A stretch of 64,000 nucleotides of DNA. Origin: the human T2T-CHM13v2.0 reference genome, Homo sapiens. Location: the NCBI RefSeq assembly GCF_009914755.1, contig NC_060935.1, one strand, 5' to 3'. The notes under the pieces are model-generated. The model did not search any database and was not told where the DNA came from. It saw nothing but the letters and a program-made list of their open reading frames with translations. Positions within the stretch are counted from its first letter, which is position 1; the number at the start of each line of letters is the position of its first letter. Of the stretch, positions 49,063 to 64,000 are shown piece after piece. The position numbers and the translations under genes are program-made.

Positions 49063-49171
49063 TAATATGGTGGACTTGAATCTTATTACGGGATTAAAAT
49101 TTTAAAGTCAGCAATTATGATAAAATTTGCAAATAGTTTAAATCCTTCAAGATGATCCCTTTTTTTTTTGA

Positions 49172-49276
<105 letters not shown>

Positions 49277-50003
49277 TGAGTAGCTGGGATTACAGGTGCC
49301 TGCTACCACACCCAGCTAATTTTGGTATTTTTAGTAGAGATGGAGTTTCACCATGTTTGCCAGGCTGGTCTCGAACTCCTGACCTCAGGTGATACGCCCG
49401 CCTCAGCCTCCCAAAGTGTTGGGATTACAGGCATGAGCCACCGCTCCTGGCCAAGATGATCCCTTTAATATTAGAACATAATGATTATTCTTGGGCCCAT
49501 CTCTACTAAAAATACAAAAATTAGCCAGGCATGGTGGCACATGCCTGTAATCCCAGCTATAGGCTGAGGCAGGGAGAATCGCTTGAACCCGGGAGTCGGA
49601 GGTTGCAGTGAGCCAAGATCAAGCCACTGCACTCCAGCCTGGGCAACAGAGTGAGATGCCATCTCAAAAAATAAAAAATAAAAAAAAGAACATAGTGGTT
49701 ATTCTTGATTGAGAACCAGATTAATTAGTTGCCTTGCATTTAGGGTGTATATTATGTGAAAAAATGCATACTGTGGTTCTAAACACTAGAAATAAACTCA
49801 GTGAGTCAAAGGTTCATACTGGAAGCAGCAACTATGAAATTGACATAGAAGGAATAGTAGATACTTGTCTCCTATCTCATGTACAATCCAGGGCATATGT
49901 TCCTTGAATAGAATGACTGAATTGCCAGGCACAGTGGCTCACACCTGTAATCTCAACACGTTGGGAGACCAAGATGGGAGGATTGTTTGAGCCTAGGAGT
50001 TCA

Positions 50004-50225
<222 letters not shown>

Positions 50226-52029
50226 TTACTCTATTTCCATAGTTCTTACTCTCTCCTTCTCTGGACCCATATAGTTGAATTCCCATAAGGTAAAGGCCCC
50301 TATAATATGTCTCCCTTGTATATATTTTGCAAATTAGACACAGTGTCTAATGTGGTTGAGTCCCCAACATTCATTCTACTGCACATGATTTGCCTAACTA
50401 GTCATGGTTTAGTTTAGTAATGGATTACTTAGCATGATTACTTAGTGTGAAGGCCAAGGTGTTGTAATAGAAATCTCAAAATTCAGTAGCATAAAGAAGA
50501 TAGAAGTGTCTTTCTCTCATAAATTATTGTGGCCAGTCCAAACTGGTGGTAGGGTGGGAGAGATGTGGATAGCACAATTTCATTTAGGGGCCTAGGTTTT
50601 TTCTTTCTGTTGCTCTATCATCTCCTAGAACATTTGAATTGTAGGAACCGGTTGTAGGCATGGCAGGGCTCTAACTTGCAAGGAAGAGGAAAGAGAAGAA
50701 AAGCTCATGCCAAACCTATATATGAAATCATTTCTTCTGCTCATGTTCCATTGAATTTTATATTAGTGATAGCACAGTCACATGACCACATTTAACTGCA
50801 AGAAGTACAGAAAACGGAGTGTCTAGCTTATCAGCTATATGCCCCAGAAAATGGGCAGAATGGATTTTGAAAGAACAACTAGTCATCTGCCATTATGAGA
50901 TGGGAGGGTAAGTTGGCTAGCAGACTTTTGGAAAAGATTTCCATTTTCCTAAACTAATAAAGAAGCACATATAATACTAGACCAAAAGTTTGTTGTTAAT
51001 ATTTTGATAATTCCACTTGTATGAAATGTTTCCTCTATAATCTTACATATCTTCTTTTGTGTATTCTAAAACATTATTCTGAGAAGGGGACCATCGGCCT
51101 CAATAGACTGCCAGAGGGGCCTGTAGCACAAAAACAGGCCTCTGCCCTGGCAGAGGCAGCAAGATTATTTAACAGCCTGTTAATTCAGACAAGCAATAAT
51201 GAGAATGTGACTCAGGCAGTGTCCACAGGGGATAGATTCCAGAGATCCTTTAAACTTCACTCACAGAATCTGCTTTTATCAGCAATACAGCCAGATGATA
51301 GCATTGCTACTACCCATTTATGCTCACTTAATTTTGGCAGAAGGAAATACTTCTTTGGAAGAGTAGTTTAGGAATGTTTTCTTTTTAAAGTTAGCATGAA
51401 ATAGGGAGAAATGTTCAAGACAGACAGGATGCCATCTTGTTGTTTAGCTGGCATAATGGATATTAGCTGGACATTTTTCCACAATTAATAGCTTCCCCCG
51501 CAGAAAAAACAATAAGCTTTTACCACCTTAGATCGTGTGACAGAAAGCCTCTTAAAGTAGAGGAACAGAATCAGACACTCAATAGGAAGAAGAGCCTTAG
51601 TGATTTGCCCTGAGGGATTGGAAGCAGCACAGGAATTGCTAGTGGCAGGTTGAGGATGCCTCAATAATAGTCTCATGCTCCAATCCCATGGATCCACAGG
51701 CCCTTGCAGAGTTATCTTTCATTGCTTTGTACATGACACTGTGAGCCTGCAGTAAAGCAGCAGCAGCCCAGTTCATCACTTGAGTTCCATTGATCCAGCC
51801 ACTCCAATGGGCTGTGGCTGTCTCCAGTCTAATCTCCAGAGGATTATGGGTTTGTAGTCTCCTATGACCTTACACTTGGATTTCCAGCAGTCAGTGGCCT
51901 CTTGTTTCATTTTACTAGAATGTGAGCTCTGGGTGAGAGAGTGAGACTCCATCTCGAAAAAAAAAATATTAAAAAAAATAAAACTGCACATGTAAATATG
52001 TAAGACATTATTATTACAGGATTTAGTGA

Positions 52030-52194
<165 letters not shown>

Positions 52195-53183
52195 TAGCTG
52201 GAATTACAGGCGCATGTCACCACACCCGGCTAATTTTTGTATTTTTAGTAGAGACAAAGTTTCACCACCTTAGCCAGGCTGGTCTTGAACTCCTGACCTC
52301 AGGTAATCCTCCCTCCTTGGCCTCCCAAAGTGCTGGGATTACAGGCATGAGCCACTGTGCCCGGCCCCCATGCCTTTCATAAATATATAAATTTCATTCC
52401 TATCTCCATAACGTCTCATCTTCCTGAACTGGAAAACGCTTCTTTCTCTCGCCCATTTGTTATCTCTTTGATAATTTCAACAGCTCTTTTCCTATACCAT
52501 CTCTACCATTAGAAGGTACCCCTTCTACAACCACTGCATTCAAGGCCTATTCATTTTCATACTTCGAGACCCAGTTAAAACAGCATGTCTTCCATGACAG
52601 TTTCCCACTTGGGTTTATTCACTCTGTCTTCTGAGATCCTCAACTCCATTTCTTCTCATCCTACTACAAATATTTGCACATTTTCACTAACCTTACCTGA
52701 ATGAAACTCCATGGAACATTTGGTTCATCTCAGTATTGCTACTGCTTAGAAATACTGAGACTTGGCACAGAGTTAAGTTCTCAGTAAATGCTGGATGAAT
52801 GAATGAAAGGATAGAGGTATATGGGTCAGGAAAGGAATGCTTTGTCTTTGGGAGCTTCAGTGCTAAAAGCATTGTCCTTGTGCAGAAACATAACAGGTGG
52901 AGCCCAGTAGGTTGGGCTGGTAGTTCCCAAACTCTAACTCCCATATCCCCTTTGCTGACACAGAGGTAGTTCAAGAAGCTACCATCCTTTAATGCTCAAT
53001 TCATCTTTGTTAAACACATCACCTTAAATGTGCCTAGAAGACTGGGAAGACTTTTCAGAGTGATTGGTAGGTTTTAAAGCATAAAAAGAAGTTTCCTGGA
53101 GTTAGCTGGGAAGATTAGGAAGTTCAGAAAAAAAGTAACAATATAGAGATTGTTATGAAATTTTTCTAAAGTCAAAATTTTAG

Positions 53184-53486
<303 letters not shown>

Positions 53487-53603
53487 TAGCCAGGATGTTC
53501 TTGATCTCCTGACCTCGTGATCCACCCGCCTCAGCCTCCCAAAGTGCTGGGATTACAGGTGTGAGCCACCACGCCCAGCCGCCTTTTTTTTTTTTTTTTT
53601 TGA

Positions 53604-54461
<858 letters not shown>

Positions 54462-54902
54462 TCCTGAGCCTTTTAAAATGCTTTTTCCTGTACTTGGAAT
54501 GCCTTGTTTCCCGGATTTCGTTTATTTATCTCTTTTTCTTTTTTTTTTTTTTTTTTTAGATAGGGTCTCACTGTGTTGCCCAGGATGGAGTGCAGTGGTG
54601 CAGTCATGGCTCACTGCAGCCTCGACCTCCCAGGCCCAAGCAATCCTCCCAACTCAGCTCTCCTGAGTAGCTGGGACTACAAGCATAAGCCACCACACCC
54701 AGCTAAGTTTTTATTTTTTGTAGAGACACGGTCGGTCTCCCTATGTTGCCCAGGCTGGTCTTGAACTCCTAGGTTCAAGGGATCCTGCCTCGTCAGCCTT
54801 CCTAAGTGCCTTAAAGAGCCTATGAGTGATGCTTGGCACAAAGTGAACCTCAGTAGACATTTCTTGAATGAATGAATCCCACAAGAATGCCTATTGCAAT
54901 GA

Positions 54903-55169
<267 letters not shown>

Positions 55170-55515
55170 TAGCAGTGGCTGCACACATTCCTCTGCCTCA
55201 TCAGCGTTGGGCTCTCCAGTCTACCTAACCCTGAGACAGTGTCATTTCAACTATTTCTCAGAATCCCTCAAGTTCTACAAGGATCACTATTTGGTCCTTT
55301 ATATTTTAATAATACTTTATATCCTCATAGTATATTTTATAGTACTTCTAATTTTTCTTTTATTGGACACATTTATAGTTTTCCCCTCTTCAGAAAAAAA
55401 TTTAATTTAATTTTTTTTTTTTTTTAATATAGATGGGGTCTCACTATTGTTGCCCAGGCTGGTCTTGAGCTCCTGAGCTCAAATGATCTCCCGCCTCGGC
55501 CTCCCAAAATGCTAG

Positions 55516-55743
<228 letters not shown>

Positions 55744-57295
55744 TAGTAGAGACGGGGTTTCACCGTGTTAGCCAGGATGGTCTTGATCTCCTGACCTCGT
55801 GATCCACCTGCCTCAGCCTCCCAAAGTGTTGGGATTACGGGTGTGAGCCACCATGCCTGGCTTATTTTTTAATTTTCTTACAGAAATAATATATGCTCAT
55901 TGTAAAAGATTTAAAAATTCAATGCAGAAATGTAGAAGTAAAAAGGTGGGAGATTCCCTTCCCAATCTTCACATTTGATGTATATTTCTCCAGTCTTCTC
56001 TGAATGCATCTGCAAATATATACACACTTACACATATAGATATACGTTTATATACTTATAACCATTTTACATAAATAGGTCAGTGCTATATGTATTCTAT
56101 AACTTTTTCCCCCACTTACATTACTGTATTATGGATAGTCATCCATATAGAGGCCTACCTCATTCTTTCCTTTATAGATGTCTTACAGTCCTGTTCCTTA
56201 CTGATGAAGGTGCCCCTTACATCTAGGGCTTTATATATATAGGGCACCTTCATCAGTAGGGCTCAAGCAATCCTCCCATTTTGGCCTCCTGAAGTGCTGG
56301 GATTAAAGGCTTGAGCCACCATGCCCAGCCTATTTATATTTTAAAATTTTAAACTAGTTTGTTTTCCCCATTACAATAATTCCTATCTGATAGGGTACTT
56401 TTATAAATCTCAAATATATAGAAAATATAGGGCATATTAAAAAATATTTCACTTGAGTTCTTTCTGAGGCAGAGTCTAATTAAAATCTATTTTTAAAAAA
56501 TATTCAGGACAAGCCAGAGTTGAGAAAATATCTAATAATAGCTGTCACTATTAAGAACATCTTTTATATAAATTCATTTACAGATATTTATTAAGCATTT
56601 TCTATGGGTAAGGCACTATTCTAGAAACTGGTGACGGTGCGATAAACAAGACAAACAAGGTTCATGCCCCTCATGGATAATAAAAAACTAGACAACTTCA
56701 GATAATAATAAACGCAGTGAGGAAAATGGTGACTTATGCTGGGCTAGTAGGGGGTGGGCAAGAAAGGCCTTTGTGAGAAGACATTTGAGCTGCAGTGTAC
56801 ATACATGAGTCAATTTCATCCTCACACCAACCCTGTGATGTAAGTACTATTATACCTATTTTACAAGGGAAGAAATTGGGGCTGGGAGACTTTAAAGAGC
56901 TAGCCTAACATTTCTTAGCTAGCATGCGGCAAAGAAGAAATTTAGACTCAGTTTAGACTAACTCAAACATTTAACATTTATGGAGTTTGCACACCAAGGT
57001 AGATGTTTCACATACCCTTAGCTCAGTTAGTTGTCATACCAACCCTAGGTGTTAATGTCCCTAATTTACAGACATGAAAACAAAGACTCAGAGAATTTAA
57101 TTTACTTACCCAAGGTTACAGTGCTAGTAAGGATGTAAATCCAAGGCTAACTGCAAATCCCATGTTCTTTCATTTCCATTTCACTTGAGCTTTATGCATG
57201 GGTATTATGATACCTCTGACAAAGAGGCCTTTTTGACTCATTGGGGCTCACTGCCAAATTTTGGACTGGTGATACACTGAGTGATCGTGAAGTGA

Positions 57296-57541
<246 letters not shown>

Positions 57542-57558
57542 TGGAGCCTTAAGAGGAG

Positions 57559-57564
57559 AATAAA
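57559..57564 (+). terminator. AAMDC: AAMDC proximal polyadenylation signal
   Basis: AATAAA 17 nt after the stop codon, followed by TGTG/CTGT-containing downstream sequence. Confidence 0.8.
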
Positions 57565-57983
57565 TCACTAAGTGCCTATGCCTGTGACTGTCACTCACCA
57601 TTCTCCAAACCAGCCTCCCCTAAACATTTTTGGACACCTACTCATGCCAGGTCCTGTGCTAGGCTCTTGGGATGCAGGGATGACCAAGACAAGGTCCCTG
57701 TCCTTGAGGGTGCTAAAAGAAAAAAAGATGAGACAGAAGTTTAATAATATAGTGAATGAACTGAGGGAACATCTGAGTAACAGGAACAGTAGGAGTATGC
57801 CCTGGGAGTTGGGTTCTAGACAGGCTGTTCTACTAACCAACCCTGAGACTGGAGCCAGATTGTTCTCTCTGGGCTTCAAATTTCAACTATAGGCCAGGCG
57901 CCATGGCTCACGCCTGTAATCCCAACACTTTGGGAGGCCGAGGTGGGCAGATCACTTGAGGTCAGGAGTTCAACCCCAGCCTA

Positions 57984-58190
<207 letters not shown>

Positions 58191-61100
58191 TCAAGTATAA
58201 AATGTTGGGGCTGGCTAGATGCCCTTTAAAGGTTCCTACTGGCTCAGATAGTCTTTGTTCTATTAAATACCGAGGTGGCCTTTGTGAAGCCTTAGAATAG
58301 ACTGAGAGAACTACAAGCTATCAGCATCACCTTATTTTTAATTTTTCTTTCTTTTTAAAGAACTATGGGCTTTGGTGTCAAATAGCCTTGACTTTGAACT
58401 GCAGCTCACTGCCACTCACTGGTTGGGTATTTGTCTAATTTCTTAGTTTCACTGTTCTCATCTGTCAGATCAGGATAACATTAGCAGTACCTGGAGTCAT
58501 TGTAGGTATTAAATGAGGCAATTCATAGAAAGTATTAACTCACTGCATGGCATTTAGTAAGGACTCAATACATTAAACCACTGTTGTCCTTATCTTTCTA
58601 TTAATGGGGATACTGTGTAAAGCCAACTAGTTTCATTTTATGGTTCTTAATATAGCAGCTTATTATTTCAAAGAGCCATAGAATGTTGGAGCCCAAAGGA
58701 ACTATCTCACTCATTTATTCAGTAATTCTCTTTCATATCCATTTACGGACAGCCTATTACTAATTTTCTTATGACCAGTTATTGTTGGGCCCTGGGGGAA
58801 TAAGGATGAATGTTACAATTCCTGCCCTTGGGAATTATGTTGTATGAGAGAAAGACAAATAAGTAAACAATAATGATACAATGTTAATATTATAATAGTT
58901 ACTAGGTCCAGTGGTGGCACAAAGAAAAGACTAATTTATCCCACTAGGATGGAAGGAAAATTAAGGAAGACATCACTAAGGAGATGACATTTAAGCTGAG
59001 TCTTAAAAAATGGAAGGTTCATTAATTCACTGAAAAAACACTTACTTGGCAGCTCTTTTAACTAGACATTTACTAGGTATGGTATTTATCACAGCCATAA
59101 CTAAATAAAATCGCTCCACCCCAGCCATCACTGGAGCAGCAGCAGTGGAAAGATGATTTTTGCTTCACATGATCCTGCCACCTGACTACGTAGTTAGTTA
59201 GGCTTCTGACCTACAGGGACCAATCTATAGACTGGACAGCAACTTAAGATGTGGCTTGGCAAGAAAAGCTGAAACAGTATGGAAAGTGAAGGGATTTATT
59301 TTTTTCCAAGTTCTCCAAGTAAGTGGCAGACGTAGGATTAGAACCCAGCACTGTGTCTTTATCAGTTTATGGCATACACCTCCTTGCTCCCTAGAAGCAG
59401 ACGGGAGTGAGTGCTTCACAGACCCGACACCCAGCATTGAAGTCTCGGAAGGATCTGCTTGGTGCCCTTTCCGCAGCCCTTTCATTTGTCAGATGACAGA
59501 TCTTTCTAGATCTGTTCCCTTGGCTCATAAAGCCAGCCCTCTGTATAGCTAAGAAGGATGTTTGATAAAATTCAGACTGTTTCTCTAGTGATGCAGTCTT
59601 TTTTTTTTTTTTTTGGTCAAATGTAAGGTGAGACAGCTCTGGTGGGTGTTGAATTCAGTGTGGGTGTAATCATTCTTCCTAAGTGAGTTGTCTCCAATTA
59701 AAGAGAACTTAGTGTAAACTTCTTAGAGACAGAAGTATCTGTCAGTGACATTATTAAACTTTTAAGAAAACCTGCTAATACATAGCCCCTACTTTGGAAC
59801 CTGGTGCACATGGTTAACGATGGAAATATGTAGAGCTTGAAGGGAAGCTGTTTCTCCACATAACTATACTTAGTCCTCTGTCTTAAATCATTAAAGCCTC
59901 TGAGTTAGTTTGTAGGTAGAACAGCCCTCAAGCTGCCCACAGGTCATTTCTTCTAGCCTGAGTGGTTAAGACAAGAAGTTGGCCGGGTGCGGTGGCTCAC
60001 GCCTGTAATCCCAGCGCTTTGGGAGGCCGAGGTGGGCAGATCACCTGAGGTCAGCAGTTCGAGACCAGCCTGGCCAACATGGTGAAACCCCATCTCTACT
60101 AAAAATACAAAAATTAGCCAGGCGTGGTGGCACGTGCCTGTAATCCCAGCTAGTCTACTTGGGAGGCTGAGGCAGGAGAATCGCTGGAACCAGGGCGGCA
60201 GAGCCTGCTGTGAGGTGAGATCGTGCCACTGCACTCCAGCCTGGGTGACAGAGCAAGACTCCATCTCAAAAAAAAAAAAAAAGACATGAAGCTGGCCACA
60301 GCTAGGTGTGTACCTTTCTTCTCCATGATTGTGTTTGCTGAGTTCAATCATCTCAAAGCAAATATAAAGTCCTTTCAGAAACCTGAATCTTTTTTTGCAG
60401 CATGCCATGGTACTGCTACCTTTGCTCTGGAGACATAGAATCATTCTTTCCTTGCCCGGTTATGTGCCAGGAGTTGTGCTGGGCATACAGCACAGACATT
60501 CTTACAGTCCAGGTACAGATCAGTTGGAAGAAATAAGGCGTGTAAACATTACAGTGAGGATGTAGAAGTTGCAAATTGGCACAAATCTGCCTGGAGACAT
60601 GTTTTGTTTGTCTCAGTAATTTTAATATTTACTGTAGTTACCAAGGTTTTTTAACTTTCATGAAAATGAAGATTTCTGGCTGTTTTGGAAGAATGGGAAG
60701 AACTGACACCACTAGGTCCACACTTATAAATGAAAATAACTGAGTGGAATGGAATAGCACCGCCTTCTCCAACAGAGAATGTGCTCTCTGATTCTTCCAA
60801 TTGCTGTTATCTTCTAGGCCACTTTATTCCTTTACTTTTCCTGCCTACCTTTCTTAAGGGGTTTGCATTTGTGAACCTGCAATGCCATATTAATAAATAC
60901 TATACTATGTGTGAAGAATATAGTATAGGAGGCTGTGGGAACATAGAGGAAATGTTCCAAGCCCATAAGAGACACAGATATGTCCTAGAACAAGGCCCAG
61001 TCCTGAAGAATGGAAGGAAAGAACCACAGGAGACAGTCTGAGGAGCACATTCCCAGGCTCAGCAGGTCCAAAGGCCTAGAGGTGACAGAAAAAGACTACA

Positions 61101-62175
61101 GGTAATTCTGTTCAAGTGGAGTACAGAGACAGTTTGGGACAGGGAGTATGAGGCTGGAAACGAAGCAGAGCCATGAAGAGCCTTCAAGACAGGAGTTCAG
61201 ACTTTTTCCTGGGATGAGCAGTGATCCACTGAAAGGGACTGAGCAGGGGAATGGTGTGGTCAGATCAGCTCATCACTTAAGGAGGGCTGATGGTGGTTCC
61301 ATCAGTATACAAACAGTATAAGAAGAGGACTAAGAAACATGAAGGAAGAGGAATCTAAAGGACTTGATGGCTACTTTTGTATGAGGGATGAGGAAGGAAT
61401 CCAACGTGCCAAACAGGTTTCTGGCTCTGACTGCTGGGTGCATGCTAGACCACTCACTAAGAACAGACCCCTGTGATGAAAGTCACCTGGGGAAGAAACC
61501 AGAGGCCTGGGTTCCAGGCTTAGCTTCACCACTAACTCAGTCTCTCTGGGCCTGCGTATTCATTTGTAAATGAAGGTGCCACACTGGAGTGCTCTTTATG
61601 CCCCCTTCGAAACCTTTATAAAAAGGTCTTTTTTTTTTTTTCACTTCAGTGAAAAAGTACAGAATCAGATAGAGAAAAACTAAAATTCTCATGTTCCCCA
61701 GAACGTGAAAATTCAGGGTAAAAGCAATTTAAAAAGTTGAGCCCAACCCCGATACGATACTTGAATTGCTTAGCAACAAATTTGTCAGGAGCTTGTTCAA
61801 CCTCTGCCCAAACTCATCTAGCCTGGAGAATTCTATACCCCCTAGTACAGCCCGTTCAATTCTTACACAGCTTTTAAAAATGTATTCTGATACCAAGCCA
61901 AAACCTGTCCCTTAGTGCATGTCTACCTTTGATGGAAGAAGTACTACATTTTGCATTTTTAAGACAGGATCAAGTCCTGGCTTTGTCCCTTAGGAGACAG
62001 ACATTATCTCAAAGCCTCTGTTTCCTTACATGGAAAATGAGGGCTAACTTGGAGGATTTTTATAAAAGGGGTACTTATCTGAAAAATATCAGCATATTCT
62101 TCCCTTAGAAGGTTTTCTATAATTACAGCACGATGGGCTCAGGCAGCAGCCACGGTTCTTCATGTTTTTGTCTAG

Positions 62176-62275
62176 GCTCCAACCCAGCAGCTGCCATCAG
62201 GTGTTCATGTCAGGGCTGTGGTACAATTCCACCTGGCTACAGCTTCATGGCACATCCTTGAGAGATGCAAAACAG
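62176..62275 (+). CDS. AAMDC: Candidate alternative AAMDC exon (replaces exon 4; transcript continues toward INTS4)
   Basis: Acceptor ttcttcatgtttttgtctag| and perfect donor CAG|GTAAG bound 100 nt. The frame is open in phase 0 after exon 3: APTQQLPSGVHVRAVVQFHLATASWHILERCKT. Confidence 0.6.
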
Positions 62276-63425
62276 GTAAGCACACTAGAAAAGTCAGCTC
62301 CCTGGAGTTAATCATTCTTCCCCTAGTCCCTCTTTCGCACTCATGACCTCGTGGAAATAGACTGCCTGGAAATAGACTGCCAGATCTGTCATTTCCTAAT
62401 TGTGTGACCTAGGACAGGTTACTTATTTCTCTCAACTTCAGCTGCCTTGTTTATAAAATGAAGATAACAGTACCTAGAGAGTTAATTAATTAATGTAAAG
62501 AGCTTACAACACTGCCAGGTACACCCAAGTACCTTAAACCAAAAGTTAAAACATGCTTGAATTTAAATTCCAGCTCCACCTCTGAGTAATTGTATTATCT
62601 TGCTATTATTTTTATAAGCTTGCCAAGTGTCAAATATGATCAAGACTGGCTGCAGGTTCAGATTCTACCAATTGTTATTTAATCCATCCTACTCAACCAC
62701 TGTTGAGGTCCAATTATCTTCGTTTCACAGATGAGGAAACTGAGGCAGAGAGAGCTGAAGATTTGAAGGCTTTTTCCCATATACTTCCCCTGAGGTGGTA
62801 TAGCTTAGACCTTTGGGATCTTCTTGGATTTGAATGAATACAGGCTTTATTACTTACTGTACAGTAATAGCCTCATTTGGCTATTGTGAAGATTAAATGA
62901 CAGGTAAAGTACATAGCACAGGCAGTACCAAAGGTTAACCTCTCTGGAGCACTGACTGTTATATCACACTTGCAATTTTTTTTTTTTAAACAGAGATGGG
63001 GTCTCGCTATGTTGCCCAGGCTGGTCTTGAACTCCTGGGCTCAAGAAATCCTCCTGCCTCCTATAATCCCAAAGTCCTGGGATTATAGGCATGAGCCACA
63101 GCCCCCAGCCCCATGCCTAAAACTTTTAACTCACATGCAGCATCAACTCATCAGAGATGCTGCAGTAAATTACTTTATTTCTTGCACTGGACCCCTGTTT
63201 CCCATAATCTTGATTTCTTTTGTAAAATATAGCTCTTCTATATTATTTATTTAAAGCCATAGAGGTCCTAAGAATAATGGCAGGCAAGATCAAGAATTTC
63301 CTTCAAAGCAAGGCGCGGTTGCTCACACTTGTAATCCCAGCATTTTGGGAGGCCAAGGTGGGCAGATCACGAGGTCAGGAGATCAAGACCATCCTGGCTA
63401 ACATGGTGAAACCCCGTCTCTACTA

Positions 63426-63608
<183 letters not shown>

Positions 63609-63944
63609 TCAAAGATGAAAATGATTCATTCTCCAGCTATTCAGTCCTTGGCCCAGCTACTGCCTGCATTAGGGAAGAGGCTTCTTAGCAAGGTTAACAC
63701 ATGTTTAAGGTCCTTCAGCAACTGTCAATGGTAAAAAAAAAAAGTACAGCTGTTAAAGCGGCCTTGGAGTTGCCCTGACAAACACACCGTCACTTTAAGA
63801 AATAAGACTATAGCTCAAATAACCAGTTATCAGGAGGTAACTGGATCTTTGTGTTTCACACCTGAGGAATAGCATGTAAGCACGTAGTATAAAAGCTGAA
63901 GCTATAGCCACACGCATTTCTTTACAGACCAGGAACTAGAACAG

Positions 63945-64000
63945 CTTGGTGTTTTCTCAACTTTATTGTGGACAGGAGAAGGGTAAGTAGACTTGAAGGT
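63945..64000 (-). other. INTS4: Terminal part of the INTS4 3' UTR with poly(A) signal
   Basis: Minus strand reads ACCTTCAAGTCTACTTACCCTTCTCCTGTCCACAATAAAGTTGAGAAAACACC, with AATAAA at 63967-63962. This agrees with the recalled INTS4 mRNA end and the known order RSF1-AAMDC-INTS4. No INTS4 coding sequence is visible. Confidence 0.7.

Noticed and set aside
56201-56257. CUGAUGA followed by a stem, suggesting a hammerhead ribozyme or C/D-box snoRNA
   Set aside because: The stem is followed by UCAUCAG (the complement of the motif), not GAAA, and no properly placed C and D box pair is seen. It is a simple fold-back.
59225-59552. Overlapping 86- and 98-aa ORFs in unique sequence, next to palindrome ACTACGTAGT (59185-59194)
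   Set aside because: No recognisable domain or clear splice context; lengths are within chance expectation.
62352-62381. Perfect 15-bp tandem duplication TGGAAATAGACTGCC (a similar short one lies near 50423-50446)
   Set aside because: An ordinary two-copy slippage duplication with no spacers or array structure.

Overview
Human/hominid, Alu-dense genomic DNA matching the RSF1-AAMDC-INTS4 locus (11q14.1). The window holds RSF1 coding exon 1 on the minus strand. It sits head-to-head with AAMDC across a CpG-island bidirectional promoter (about 5.2-6.5 kb). The complete 122-aa AAMDC gene is on the plus strand (non-coding exon 1; coding exons at 27707, 54948 and 57401; a candidate alternative exon at 62176). 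The last ~55 nt of the convergent INTS4 3' UTR appear at the right edge. The introns are mostly retroelements. The main ones are a 5.15-kb L1-mobilised, spliced HERV-W processed pseudogene inserted inside an Alu, a full-length MSTA-type MaLR provirus, an LTR3/HML-6-like solo LTR, an RPL21 processed pseudogene with two Alus stacked in its tail, and an L1 insertion with a probable 3' transduction. There are roughly 50 Alus. I found no convincing wholly new gene system. The most unusual signals are the retrotransposition scars, a tandem hairpin pair with a compensatory base change (42658-42713), a 17-bp fold-back at 56199-56258, and the AAMDC alternative-last-exon choice that would run antisense into INTS4. 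Gene and repeat-family names come from sequence recall, not from a database search.
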